64,000 bases of DNA from Diaphorobacter sp. (GCF_050176255.1 NZ_JBFXIE010000008.1), one strand, 5' to 3'. Positions 41,181 to 51,410 are shown, counted from the first letter of the stretch. Numbers and translations are program-made. Notes: a model not told the origin generated them from the letters alone.

Positions 41181-44100
41181 GCTTTTGCCTTCGCCCGCCA
41201 TTTCTGGCGGGCGAATCAGCCGGAGCCGCCCTGGTGCCCCTGGCAGTGGTGTTTCAATCCGCGCCCGCCATTTCTGGCGGGCGAATTTCAGCACTTCGCC
41301 GTTCTGCCTGTGACTGCATCACTGTTTCAATCCGCGCCCGCCATTTCTGGCGGGCGAATTACTTCCGTCCCCTTCAGCGGATCGGTTTCCGCGACGTTTC
41401 AATCCGCGCCCGCCATTTCTGGCGGGCGAATTGACCGAGCCGCGTCTGCCTCTGGAAACCTTGCAGGCCGTTTCAATCCGCGCCCGCCATTTCTGGCGGG
41501 CGAATTCAGGTGCGGAAGATCGAGTCCACTACCGACATGCCGTTTCAATCCGCGCCCGCCATTTCTGGCGGGCGAATTGGCTTGGATTGTGGTGCTTTGC
41601 GCGATGCTCATAAGTTTCAATCCGCGCCCGCCATTTCTGGCGGGCGAATTGGTGCATTTGGCAAAGTCTTGTCGCCTTCGCGCGGTTTCAATCCACGCCC
41701 GCCATTTCTGGCGGGCGAATTCCCCTACTGCGCTCGGCTGCTCGGGTTCCCACAGGTTTCAATCCGCGCCCGCCATTTCTGGCGGGCGAATTTCGCCTCC
41801 AAAGCCTTGATATGGCCCGGTGTCATGGTTTCAATCCGCGCCCGCCATTTCTGGCGGGCGAATTGCCGCGAAGTCGTGGACATGCCCGGCAAGATCGTTG
41901 TTTCAATCCGCGCCCGCCATTTCTGGCGGGCGAATTGGTTTCCACGCGGTAGCCGCGCACGTAGGCGGTCGTTTCAATCCGCGCCCGCCATTTCTGGCGG
42001 GCGAATTGCAAGTCCTTGCCGTAGCCGCCGATCAGGTCGCCGTTTCAATCCGCGCCCGCCATTTCTGGCGGGCGAATTGTCGAAGTCCCCGACGCGCTGG
42101 TCAAGTCGTTCAAGGTTTCAATCCGCGCCCGCCATTTCTGGCGGGCGAATTTCCCACGCGGTCGTCGCTCTGCCCGGGCCGAAGTGGTTTCAATCCGCGC
42201 CCGCCATTTCTGGCGGGCGAATTGCGGCACCGGCCACAGATGCCGTGTCGGCACGGAAGTTTCAATCCGCGCCCGCCATTTCTGGCGGGCGAATTAACAC
42301 TGTGACCGTTTCCGGCGCTTCCCAGACTGGTTTCAATCCGCGCCCGCCATTTCTGGCGGGCGAATTCGTATGCCACCAGCGACATTTTTGTGTCGTAGGT
42401 CGTTTCAATCCGCGCCCGCCATTTCTGGCGGGCGAATTTCCAGCGTGCCGGGGAAGGCTTCGATGCCGCCCCGGTTTCAATCCGCGCCCGCCATTTCTGG
42501 CGGGCGAATTCATCAACGTGCGCGTGATGACCGGCGGCGACTTCGTGTTTCAATCCGCGCCCGCCATTTCTGGCGGGCGAATTAATTGCAGCCCACAGCA
42601 GCCCATGATCGTTGATGTTTCAATCCGCGCCCGCCATTTCTGGCGGGCGAATTTTGCGACGGAGCGCGGCGCCGTGGCTATCGGCGCGTTTCAATCCGCG
42701 CCCGCCATTTCTGGCGGGCGAATTGCGGCTGGCCCTGCGCCTCGTAGTAATCCAGCACCCGTTTCAATCCGCGCCCGCCATTTCTGGCGGGCGAATTGCC
42801 CAGGCGGGGCCGCCAGGGGCAAGTGGCGGCTTGTTTCAATCCGCGCCCGCCATTTCTGGCGGGCGAATTCGCGCTATTTGCCGCGCCACTCTCGCCAAAT
42901 GGCGAGTTTCAATCCGCGCCCGCCATTTCTGGCGGGCGAATTCGACTACAGGGACGATGCCGTTTTGGCGGTCAGGGTTTCAATCCGCGCCCGCCATTTC
43001 TGGCGGGCGAATTGACGCTTGAAAGCACAGGCGCCGAGGTGCTGATTGTTTCAATCCGCGCCCGCCATTTCTGGCGGGCGAATTAGCGCGCAAACCCGAT
43101 GCTTCGCCGACCACGATAGTTTCAATCCGCGCCCGCCATTTCTGGCGGGCGAATTTGTGCTGATTAACGGCCTGCGCAAGCATGCCACCGTTTCAATCCG
43201 CGCCCGCCATTTCTGGCGGGCGAATTTCACAGCCGCGATGCTTGCCGCGTGCGATGAGCCGTTTCAATCCGCGCCCGCCATTTCTGGCGGGCGAATTTGC
43301 CGCGAATCAGCGCGCAACTGCTGCTGCAACGAGTTTCAATCCGCGCCCGCCATTTCTGGCGGGCGAATTTTGCGGTTTGGCGCCAGAGACGGGTCGGGCC
43401 ATGGTTTCAATCCGCGCCCGCCATTTCTGGCGGGCGAATTGGCATCGTCGTTGCTGAGTATTACTGGATCGACCTGTTTCAATCCGCGCCCGCCATTTCT
43501 GGCGGGCGAATTTATGCTCGGTTTTCAACAGTTTTATTGGGGCACGACGTTTCAATCCGCGCCCGCCATTTCTGGCGGGCGAATTTGCGCGGCGTGCCCG
43601 GGCCTTCACAGGTTCCCGGCGGTTTCAATCCGCGCCCGCCATTTCTGGCGGGCGAATTTCCATCCTTGTGTGGGTTGGCCACCAGTGTGGGCTGTTTCAA
43701 TCCGCGCCCGCCATTTCTGGCGGGCGAATTTGCGGCACGGGTTGCGGCGTTGTCGTTCGACAGGCTGTTTCAATCCGCGCCCGCCATTTCTGGCGGGCGA
43801 ATTTCGGCGATCTGCTCGCGCAATGACTGGTTGTAGTCGTTTCAATCCGCGCCCGCCATTTCTGGCGGGCGAATTTGCAGGCGCTTGCGGTCTTCTTCGT
43901 AGGTGCGCTTGTTTCAATCCGCGCCCGCCATTTCTGGCGGGCGAATTTGATGCCTGACGGCCCGCCGCGCTTGAGTTCGCAGTTTCAATCCGCGCCCGCC
44001 ATTTCTGGCGGGCGAATTTGGGCGTCTTCCGCAACCTGCTGGCCGGCGTGATCGTTTCAATCCGCGCCCGCCATTTCTGGCGGGCGAATTTGCCGGCGTA

Positions 44101-44881
44101 GTTGACCGTGCCCATGGTGCCGATGTTTCAATCCGCGCCCGCCATTTCTGGCGGGCGAATTTCGGCATCGCCGTGTGTCTTTCGCAGCCCGCCAAGGTTT
44201 CAATCCGCGCCCGCCATTTCTGGCGGGCGAATTTTTTCGATGCGCTTGGCTATGTCTGCGCGCGTGGCGTTTCAATCCGCGCCCGCCATTTCTGGCGGGC
44301 GAATTTTTCCAACATGGCGCGGATGTCACGATGGACATGAGTTTCAATCCGCGCCCGCCATTTCTGGCGGGCGAATTTAAGCGAGCGCGCAGGTAGGCGT
44401 ATTTGTTCTGGTAGTTTCAATCCGCGCCCGCCATTTCTGGCGGGCGAATTTGTCCGGCATTGCGGCAAGCATCGCCACGGCGCTGTTTCAATCCGCGCCC
44501 GCCATTTCTGGCGGGCGAATTTTCGGGCAGTACATGCAAGAGTTCGCCGGCTTGTCCGTTTCAATCCGCGCCCGCCATTTCTGGCGGGCGAATTTGATGG
44601 CACGGTCATCATCACCAGCCCTGACCTGGTTTCAATCCGCGCCCGCCATTTCTGGCGGGCGAATTTGCGATGCGCGGGCGCTGCTCCAGCTGGTTTTGCT
44701 GTTTCAATCCGCGCCCGCCATTTCTGGCGGGCGAATTTACCGCCGCACCCTGCCGCGTGCCGACGTGCGGCTGTTTCAATCCGCGCCCGCCATTTCTGGC
44801 GGGCGAATTTGGCGCACGCTGGCCGGGTTGCCGCGATCCCACTTGTTTCAATCCGCGCCCGCCATTTCTGGCGGGCGAATT
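41181..44881 (-). CRISPR. Type I-C CRISPR array: 51 full repeats + 1 degenerate trailer repeat, about 51 spacers (33-37 nt)
   Basis: Repeat (plus strand) GTTTCAATCCGCGCCCGCCATTTCTGGCGGGCGAATT. Its reverse complement ends ...GGATTGAAAC, as type I-C repeats do, with stem CGCCCGCC/GGCGGGCG. Period is 70-74 nt, with first full repeat at 41251 and last at 44845 (counted by eye). Degenerate repeat at the cas-distal end; one variant repeat (G to A) near 41685. Confidence 0.97.
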
Positions 44882-45096
44882 TCCTTCGCATGTAACGCTT
44901 TGTTGGGCAACGGTTTTTACTGGCACTTGCGCGAACTGCGCCATGCGAAGCTGTTTTTGTACACCCAACCACCACCAAGCCATAAAAAACCAAATGAAAA
45001 CAAGGCGTTGCGAAGTGCGCGAACCTCCCAGGGAAAATCAGTCCACTGGAGGATCGCGCTACGCGTCATGGTACGACACAGCATGTGCTGCGCCGG
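44882..45096 (-). promoter_or_regulatory. CRISPR leader
   Basis: About 215-bp comparatively AT-rich non-coding stretch between the cas2 stop and the first repeat. Confidence 0.7.
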
Positions 45097-45387
45097 TCAC
45101 AGCACCAGCGGGCCGTCAAAATCCGTCGCTTTGAACGTGCCGTGCTCGATCACCTCGAAGCCGCGCGTGCCGGGCATCCGGTAGAGCCTAAGGCAGTCTG
45201 CAGACGGGTCTATTTCTGCCAGCAAACGGCGTTCCAGCGCTTCGTACTGGGCCATGTCCAGCTGGCATTCGAACACCGATCTTTGTACCCGCTGCCCGGT
45301 GCTTTCGCACACCCGCGCCACGCGGCGCAAGCGGCGCCGGCCCGCTTTGGTTTCGGTGTTGACGTCGTAGCAAACCAGCACCAGCAT
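45097..45387 (-). CDS. cas2: CRISPR-associated endoribonuclease Cas2
   Basis: 96 aa, MLVLVCYDV... ferredoxin-like Cas2 N-terminus. Confidence 0.93.
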   Translation of the reverse strand: MLVLVCYDVNTETKAGRRRLRRVARVCESTGQRVQRSVFECQLDMAQYEALERRLLAEIDPSADCLRLYRMPGTRGFEVIEHGTFKATDFDGPLVL

Positions 45388-45396
45388 GGCTGGCCC

Positions 45397-46425
45397 CTAC
45401 TTGGCCAAAAAGGGCACATAAGGCGCCCCGTCTTCGCGCACGGCGCGCGCCAGCAGACGGGCTTGCACCAATGGCACCAAACCCAGCGGCACGGATTGCG
45501 CCAGCAGTGGGTGGTTGATTTCGTCCTTCTTGCGCTCTTGGTGGGCTACCACCACGGCTTTGCGGGCATCTGGCTGCAAGACAACCGCGCCGCCTTCGCG
45601 CAGCACAAAGTCGTGTGTGCCCAACTGGCCTCTGTTGATCAGCGTCAGTGCCAGCCGGTCTGCCCAGGGGCGAAACTCTTCCATCAAGTCCAGGGCCAGG
45701 GCAGCGCGGCCCGGGCGCAAGGCGTGCAAGAAGCCCACTTGGGGATCAAGCCCGGCTGCCTCTAGGGCGCTGCGGCAATCGTTCATCCACATGGCATACA
45801 AAAATGACAGCAGGGCGTTGAGACGGTCGCGCGGCGGGCGGCGTGTGCGCCCGTCCATGGCAAAGGCGGCGCGCTGGTCGGGGCGCACCAGTAGGCCCAG
45901 GCCGCTGAAGTATTGGCGTGCGGCTTCGCCTTCCACACCGCGCAGGCTATCTAGGTTGGTGGTGCCGGGCAGGGCGCGCAGGCTGGCGGCCAGGTCATCT
46001 GCCAGGCGGGCCAAGGCTTTGGCTTCGTCTTCTGACTTGGCTTCTCGGGCGCCGCGCTGCAAAACTTGCCGGGTGTTTTTGATCTTGCCGGCCACGCTGG
46101 ATCGGGCCATGTCCAGCGTGAATGCCGGATCGGCCACGCGTTGAAACTGCGCTTGGCGCAGCAGCACATTACCGCTGACAGCCCCTTCCAGCCGCGCTTT
46201 GAAGCGGCCGTTGTCGTCCAGCAGCACCAGCGCAATACCCCGGTCGGCCAGCAGGTGCATCAAGGGTGCAGACAGGTGGATATGGCCAAAACACACCACG
46301 GCGCTCAGGTGGTGCAGAGGCACGCGCAGCCGGGTTTCGTGATTGACCTCGACACGAAGGGTTTCGTTGTCCAGCCGCAGGTAGGTTTCGGGCGTTGTGA
46401 CGTAGAGGGTGTTGAGCAGTTGCAT
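45397..46425 (-). CDS. cas1: CRISPR-associated integrase Cas1 (type I-C)
   Basis: 342 aa, MQLLNTLYVTTPETYLRLDNETL... typical Cas1c. Adjacent to cas4 and cas2. Confidence 0.95.
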   Translation of the reverse strand: MQLLNTLYVTTPETYLRLDNETLRVEVNHETRLRVPLHHLSAVVCFGHIHLSAPLMHLLADRGIALVLLDDNGRFKARLEGAVSGNVLLRQAQFQRVADPAFTLDMARSSVAGKIKNTRQVLQRGAREAKSEDEAKALARLADDLAASLRALPGTTNLDSLRGVEGEAARQYFSGLGLLVRPDQRAAFAMDGRTRRPPRDRLNALLSFLYAMWMNDCRSALEAAGLDPQVGFLHALRPGRAALALDLMEEFRPWADRLALTLINRGQLGTHDFVLREGGAVVLQPDARKAVVVAHQERKKDEINHPLLAQSVPLGLVPLVQARLLARAVREDGAPYVPFLAK

Positions 46426-46449
46426 GATCTGGAGGCTGGTGCGGTGCTG

Positions 46450-47106
46450 TCACGCGTCGGGGTCGAACAAGGTGTGCCGGGCCGATTCCAGGTTTGCTTG
46501 TGTGACCTTGGGCTGGCAGCGCTCTTGCAGCGAGCAGCCTTTGCAGCGCTGTTGTGCTTGCGGGCCAGCCAGAGGCGACGGCAGTTGCCTGCTGGCCAGC
46601 ATCTGCCGTACGGCTTGTGCCGTACGTGCCACATCGTCCCGTAATTGCGCCGTGATGGGCACGGTGCGGCGGCGCCTGGAACTGGCGTAATACAGCGCGC
46701 CCTCCGGCACGGGTTTGCCGGTCATGGTCTCCAGGCACAGAGCTTGCGCGGCCAGCTGAAGGTCGTCACAGGCGGCAATGTCGGCGGCCTTGTGGCGGCT
46801 GCCGTGTTTGTATTCGACGGGGTAGGGCACGCCTCCGGCCAGAAACTCCACCACGTCGGCCTTGCCTATCAGACCCAGCGTGTCGTGCCACAGCGGCAGG
46901 GCGCGCTCCACGCGCACGCCTTTGGCCGTTTCGACGCCAGGCAGGTCGGCCTTGGCATGCACTGCCTGGCCGCGCAGGGTGTGGAGGTTGTCGTCAAACA
47001 CCTGCTCCAGGTGGATCAGGCCACACTGGCGCGGGCAGTATTGCCAGTGCTGCAAGGCCGACAGGGCAATGGGATCGGGTTCTGGCGCGGGGGTGGCGGT
47101 GGGCAT
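46450..47106 (-). CDS. cas4: CRISPR-associated exonuclease Cas4
   Basis: RecB-like nuclease motifs, N-terminal Cys (YCPRQC) plus C-terminal CKGCSLQERC cluster. Confidence 0.92.
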   Translation of the reverse strand: MPTATPAPEPDPIALSALQHWQYCPRQCGLIHLEQVFDDNLHTLRGQAVHAKADLPGVETAKGVRVERALPLWHDTLGLIGKADVVEFLAGGVPYPVEYKHGSRHKAADIAACDDLQLAAQALCLETMTGKPVPEGALYYASSRRRRTVPITAQLRDDVARTAQAVRQMLASRQLPSPLAGPQAQQRCKGCSLQERCQPKVTQANLESARHTLFDPDA

Positions 47107-47111
47107 GGGCG

Positions 47112-47990
47112 CTACGGTTTTTTGGGCGCCTTCCTGGCTTTGGCTGGCGGTATGGCCTTGATCGCTTCGGCTGCCTTGGGCGTGGCCGGTGGCAGGTAGT
47201 TGTCACTGGTCACTACCGATTTACCGGTTTGGCCCTCCAGCTGCGTACGTGCCTGATGGGCGATGCGGCCACCGGTTTGGGCTGCGGCCTTGTTTTCTGC
47301 CATGCCGGTGGCATCCACACTTTCTGCAATCTGGCGAGTCGATAGCTCGGCCAGAGCGGTAAAAATCAGCTCAGCCTCGCTCATGTGGTCGCGCAGGTTG
47401 TGGCTTTTCAGGCCCTTTTTTGCTTTGTGCTGCGCCACGCTCAGGCCCGACCATTCTTGGTGAATGATGTTGGTCAGGATGGCGAACTCGCTGCCCGCTT
47501 TGATGTCGTGCCCGCTCCAGTAGTCGGTGAGCTTATTGCGGGTTTCCTGTCCAGTCATGCGCTGCTGGATCCACTTGTCGCTGCGGCCATGCTGCTGCCA
47601 GGTTTGGCGCGCGCGGTCCAGCGCCTGGGCTGGGTCGGCCATTTCTTGCATGCGTTCGTAGCCCACCTTGGCCAGCCACAGTTTGATGGGTTCTGCCTTG
47701 GGGCTGGGGATGGATTGCACGATGCGAAGCAGGCCTTGGGCGGTGGCGCAATCGGTCAGGCGCTGCTTGCCATCCGCAGCGGTCAATTTCAACCGTCGAC
47801 AAAATGTCGACAGTTCAGCGCCGTCTTCCGCCTTGACGCGCTGCTTCATCTTGAACCAGTAGTCGCGGGCGTTTTCGCTGTCGGTCAGCACCTGCACGAT
47901 GTCAATGACCGAAAACCACCAGGTTTCGGTGGCCTCGTCGTACACGCGGCGGATGCCCTGGCTGTCGAATTGAGTGGGCAGGGTTTTCAT
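47112..47990 (-). CDS. Bro-N / DinD-like (DNA-damage-inducible protein D family) protein embedded in the cas operon
   Basis: 292 aa. N-terminal FDSQGIRRVYDEATETWWFSVIDIVQVL (Bro-N-like). Central GYERMQE...WIQQRMTGQETRNKLTDYW...KKGLKSHNLRDHMSEAELIF resembles E. coli DinD (KGLKKNQKILDHMGSTELAANLF). K/P/A-rich tail. Gaps of 11 nt to cas7 and 5 nt to cas4. Confidence 0.65.
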   Translation of the reverse strand: MKTLPTQFDSQGIRRVYDEATETWWFSVIDIVQVLTDSENARDYWFKMKQRVKAEDGAELSTFCRRLKLTAADGKQRLTDCATAQGLLRIVQSIPSPKAEPIKLWLAKVGYERMQEMADPAQALDRARQTWQQHGRSDKWIQQRMTGQETRNKLTDYWSGHDIKAGSEFAILTNIIHQEWSGLSVAQHKAKKGLKSHNLRDHMSEAELIFTALAELSTRQIAESVDATGMAENKAAAQTGGRIAHQARTQLEGQTGKSVVTSDNYLPPATPKAAEAIKAIPPAKARKAPKKP

Positions 47991-48001
47991 GTGCCCCCGG
48001 G

Positions 48002-49000
48002 TCAGAAAAGCCGGGTCAAGGTCACGCCCGCTGCGGGCTGCAGCGATTGCCCCACAGCCAGACTTTGCCCATCAAAGGCAACCGCATACGCATCAAAACT
48101 GCGCGCCACGGCACCGGCTTCTTTGGGCTGAACTTGCAGGCGCTCAAACAAGGCGTGCGCCGGGGCGTTACCCAGTTCGCTGTCGTGTTGGAACACGTAC
48201 AGCCCGCGCGTGGACATTTCGCCGCGTGCCGCGGAGCGGTCGTGCTCGAACATCTGGCCCAGCGCTTGCCACAGCAACTCCAAGTCGTCCTGCCCAAAGC
48301 CGGTTTGCTTGGCCAGAAAGGACGAGACAAAGCCATGCGCCACATACACGCCATAGGGCACGGTGTGCTTGCGGCCCATGGTGCGGTTGTCACCCTGCTG
48401 CTTTTCTGCCTCAGCCTCGGTGGCCACCGCCATGCGGGTGATGGAGTGCTCCAGCGCCACGATGGGTTCGACCGAACGCGCAAACGTCAGCTGCACTGGG
48501 CCACGCACCTGGCCACAGTTCACTCCAGTGGACATGACGGCGCCAAAGGTGCGCACATCAAAAAAGTTCTGGCACATCCACTGGCGCGCCAGGGCCACCT
48601 CGTCGGCGCTGCCTTTGCGCTTGTCTTTGCCGGGCTTTTTCTTTTTGGTGTCAGCTGCTTCGTTTTCTGTAGCTGCTTGCGCTTGCTCCTCGGGCGTTTC
48701 AGCCAGATTTAATGCGGAATAGGCACGCTGGTTTTGGTGGTTCAGGATGGCTTTTTCGCGCACGTAAATCTCAAAACGCTTTTCGCCATCCACCGGGGTG
48801 CGCTCGTCTTGCTCTTTCACCAGCCCGACAAAGTTGCGCACTTTGCGCTTGAGCGACACATCGGTGACCAGGCCATGGCCGGATTCGGCATCCAGGCGCG
48901 GCATATTGCCCGCGTCGGGGTCACCGTTGGGATTGCCGTCTTTGACATCAAAAATCAGCACAAAGTCATAGCGGTGGGCGAGGGGTTGGGCGGGGCTCAT
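48002..49000 (-). CDS. cas7: Type I-C Cascade backbone subunit Cas7c (Csd2)
   Basis: [25 protein letters not shown] hallmark of Csd2/Cas7c. Confidence 0.95.
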   Translation of the reverse strand: MSPAQPLAHRYDFVLIFDVKDGNPNGDPDAGNMPRLDAESGHGLVTDVSLKRKVRNFVGLVKEQDERTPVDGEKRFEIYVREKAILNHQNQRAYSALNLAETPEEQAQAATENEAADTKKKKPGKDKRKGSADEVALARQWMCQNFFDVRTFGAVMSTGVNCGQVRGPVQLTFARSVEPIVALEHSITRMAVATEAEAEKQQGDNRTMGRKHTVPYGVYVAHGFVSSFLAKQTGFGQDDLELLWQALGQMFEHDRSAARGEMSTRGLYVFQHDSELGNAPAHALFERLQVQPKEAGAVARSFDAYAVAFDGQSLAVGQSLQPAAGVTLTRLF

Positions 49001-49383
49001 GCGGTTTCTCCTTCAGGGGTGCCGTGGTCGGTGTCTTGGGATTTGCGAGTGAAAAAGTCCTGGCGCTGGTGGTAGTAGCCCAGCGCGAAACGGCCCTGGT
49101 CGGGCAACGGCAGATGTTTGGGAAAGTCGTCGACAGGGCCCAGCACTTCGCCCAGCAGCTTTTCAAACACTGTCACACGCCCGGGCATCAGCTTCTTGAG
49201 GTGTGCGTTCTTCAGGCGCAGCAAGGTGGTGAACACCGCCACCGGTGTGCTGGAAGCGGCGCCGTAATAGCGGTCGCGGATGGTGGCGTTCAGCCCAGGG
49301 CTGGCTTCTTCCTGGATTTTTTCCAGCACCGCAAAGAGCCGCCCCAGGCGGTAGGCCGGGTGCGTGTTGCTGAGGTCGAGCAT
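48997..49383 (-). CDS. cas11c: Candidate internally translated small subunit Cas11c (in-frame 3' part of cas8c)
   Basis: In-frame ATG at 49383 preceded by GAAGGAG and 8 nt (CAGAGAAGGAGTTTTTGCCATG). It gives a 128-aa helical product [24 protein letters not shown]..., consistent with the published internal Cas11 of type I-C. Confidence 0.55.
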   Translation of the reverse strand: MLDLSNTHPAYRLGRLFAVLEKIQEEASPGLNATIRDRYYGAASSTPVAVFTTLLRLKNAHLKKLMPGRVTVFEKLLGEVLGPVDDFPKHLPLPDQGRFALGYYHQRQDFFTRKSQDTDHGTPEGETA

Positions 49384-50748
49384 GGGCAAAAACTCCTTCT
49401 CTGTACTTTGGCGAAAGCGGATTTGGCGGTTGAGGCAGGCCTTGATGGCTGCGGCGCGCGGGTAATTGATGTTTTGCTCGGCTCGGCAACGCCCCACGGC
49501 AGCGTTGAGCCACAGGCTGGGGTACGGCGCATCCGGCCCTGCCAGCAGGGCATCCACGATGGCGCCGCCCAGGTTGGGCGGAATGTTGTCGGCCTTGTTT
49601 TGCAGCGCCACGGCGGTCAGCAGGCGGAACAGCGAGGGGTACTGCGGGTCATGCGGCCCCCGCGCAAGCGACAGGTCTTCAAAGTGCTGCGCGATGCGCT
49701 GACCCAGTTCGCACAGGGTGATGCAGTGGTAAAAGCGGATGCTGATGCGCGCAGCATTGGGCGCGAGGCCCAGCACGTGGTAGCGCAGGTTTTCATCTGA
49801 TTCGCCCCACTGCCCGCTGTGCACGGCATCCAGCAGCGCGCGCACGGCGGTGGTACCGCCGTCGGGGTTGTCCTGGAAGATGTCGCCAAAGATGGTCTCG
49901 AACGGGTCTTGCCGCTCAGCCCAGAACACCGTGGAGGCGTCGCCCACCTGCATGCGCTGGGGCGAATCCTTGCGCAGCAGGTGGTTCAGCGCGGTGGTGT
50001 AAGCGAAGGCGGCAGCGCGGCTGACGGGGGCGTTTTCGCCCTGGCGCTCAGTCTTGCCGTAGGACTCAAAAGCGCGCGCGTTGAACGAGACGATGTTGGC
50101 ACCTGAGGTCTGCGCGCCCCACACCCCTTTGATCGACGCATGCAGGCGTTCGACCGGCGCCCGCTCGCCCGTCACCAGGCACATGGCCTGCGGCGCATCG
50201 TCAGCGCCAGCGGTGCTGAGCGCCGCTTGCACCACGGCGGGGCGCTGGCACACCAGATCCAGGTCGCCGTGCAGGCGGAAGCTCATCACGGCGTTACCCT
50301 CCAGCGCCTCGTTCCAGGCGGGCTGGCGCTCCAGTTGTGCCACATCCCGCCGGTGCAGAAACCGCAACACAGCCTGGATGCCTGCATCCTCCCTGACCAC
50401 TTCTGGCAGCGCCTCGATACGCGCACGAAACGCCGCATGCTGCTCGGCCACGCGCTCGGGCTTGCCCTTGGTGTCCACGCCCAGCACATATTCCAGTGTG
50501 TCCCACAGCAGGTTGGCCGCCACCCCCGAGGTTTTCTTGACGCCCTGGGGCACGCGAAAGACGCGCGCCACCTTCTTTTTGCCCTGCAGCTCGCGGGTGT
50601 CGCGCAGTTGCAGCAGTTCGCCGTCGGTACTGATCTCCAGGATGAACGGAATCTCCTTCTGCTCTAGTCCGAAGGCGGGCAGGTGCTGTGCCGGGTCGGG
50701 GTCATCGCATTTGCGGCGGTAGTAGTCGCTCAGGGCTTGCAAGATCAT
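48997..50748 (-). CDS. cas8c: Type I-C large subunit Cas8c (Csd1)
   Basis: 583 aa, [13 protein letters not shown]... typical Csd1 N-terminus. 4-nt overlaps with cas5 and cas7. Confidence 0.93.
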   Translation of the reverse strand: MILQALSDYYRRKCDDPDPAQHLPAFGLEQKEIPFILEISTDGELLQLRDTRELQGKKKVARVFRVPQGVKKTSGVAANLLWDTLEYVLGVDTKGKPERVAEQHAAFRARIEALPEVVREDAGIQAVLRFLHRRDVAQLERQPAWNEALEGNAVMSFRLHGDLDLVCQRPAVVQAALSTAGADDAPQAMCLVTGERAPVERLHASIKGVWGAQTSGANIVSFNARAFESYGKTERQGENAPVSRAAAFAYTTALNHLLRKDSPQRMQVGDASTVFWAERQDPFETIFGDIFQDNPDGGTTAVRALLDAVHSGQWGESDENLRYHVLGLAPNAARISIRFYHCITLCELGQRIAQHFEDLSLARGPHDPQYPSLFRLLTAVALQNKADNIPPNLGGAIVDALLAGPDAPYPSLWLNAAVGRCRAEQNINYPRAAAIKACLNRQIRFRQSTEKEFLPMLDLSNTHPAYRLGRLFAVLEKIQEEASPGLNATIRDRYYGAASSTPVAVFTTLLRLKNAHLKKLMPGRVTVFEKLLGEVLGPVDDFPKHLPLPDQGRFALGYYHQRQDFFTRKSQDTDHGTPEGETA

Positions 50749-51401
50749 CCGCGTGCCTCCTCGAAGGCTGGCACCTGCACCACGCCACGCTCCATACGCG
50801 CATTGAAAAAGCGCGGCTGCGGGTCGGCGGGGTTCGAAAAATCCAGGTCGTGCAGCATCCAGCCCAGCTCGCGCGTGTCCTCAATGGGTGGGGCTGGGGG
50901 CGTGTCGGCGGTGACCAAGCAGAAGTCGGCAGCGAACTCGCGGCAGCCCAGGTAGGGCTGGTTCACACACTGGCCTTTGCGGGTGCGGCGGGTGAACATC
51001 TCGGTGTATTTCATCAAGGGCTCGGTGCAGCCGGGCGCCAGCGACAGATCGGCGTGGATGCGGTAGGCCACGTCGCGCAAAAAGTAGCCCGCACGCTGCT
51101 GGCGATCGTCTTCGATATACAGGCCCAGCGTGCCGCTGCCCGCCGCCATCGTCTGCTGCACGTTGCGCGTTGACACCACAGCGCTGACCTCATTGCGCCG
51201 CAGGTTGATAAAGCGGATGGGCTTGAGTACTTCGATACGCTGCACTTGCCAGCGAATGGCGGGCTTCCACAAAATGGACTCGAATACGGCGCGGGCGGCA
51301 GACGGCGTCATCACATCGTAGGACACGCGTTCCACCTTCATCTCCGGGCGGGTAAAGCAGGCAAAGGGGCCTGCAACTTCGAGGCAAAAGTGGGACGACA
51401 T
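50745..51401 (-). CDS. cas5: Type I-C pre-crRNA endoribonuclease Cas5c (Cas5d)
   Basis: CLEVAGPFACFTRPEMKVERVSYDVMTPSAARAVFESI typical Cas5d. Confidence 0.95.
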   Translation of the reverse strand: MSSHFCLEVAGPFACFTRPEMKVERVSYDVMTPSAARAVFESILWKPAIRWQVQRIEVLKPIRFINLRRNEVSAVVSTRNVQQTMAAGSGTLGLYIEDDRQQRAGYFLRDVAYRIHADLSLAPGCTEPLMKYTEMFTRRTRKGQCVNQPYLGCREFAADFCLVTADTPPAPPIEDTRELGWMLHDLDFSNPADPQPRFFNARMERGVVQVPAFEEARG

Positions 51402-51410
51402 GGGGCTCCT

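Noticed and set aside
41123-44993. Many ORF-track entries across the array, for example 41510..43015 (501 aa) and 43046..43957, with reiterated FQSAPAISGGRI / FNPRPPFLAGEF / SIRARHFWRAN peptides.
   Set aside because: These are translations of the CRISPR repeat in three frames on both strands. The periodic 70-74-nt structure explains them, so they are not genes.
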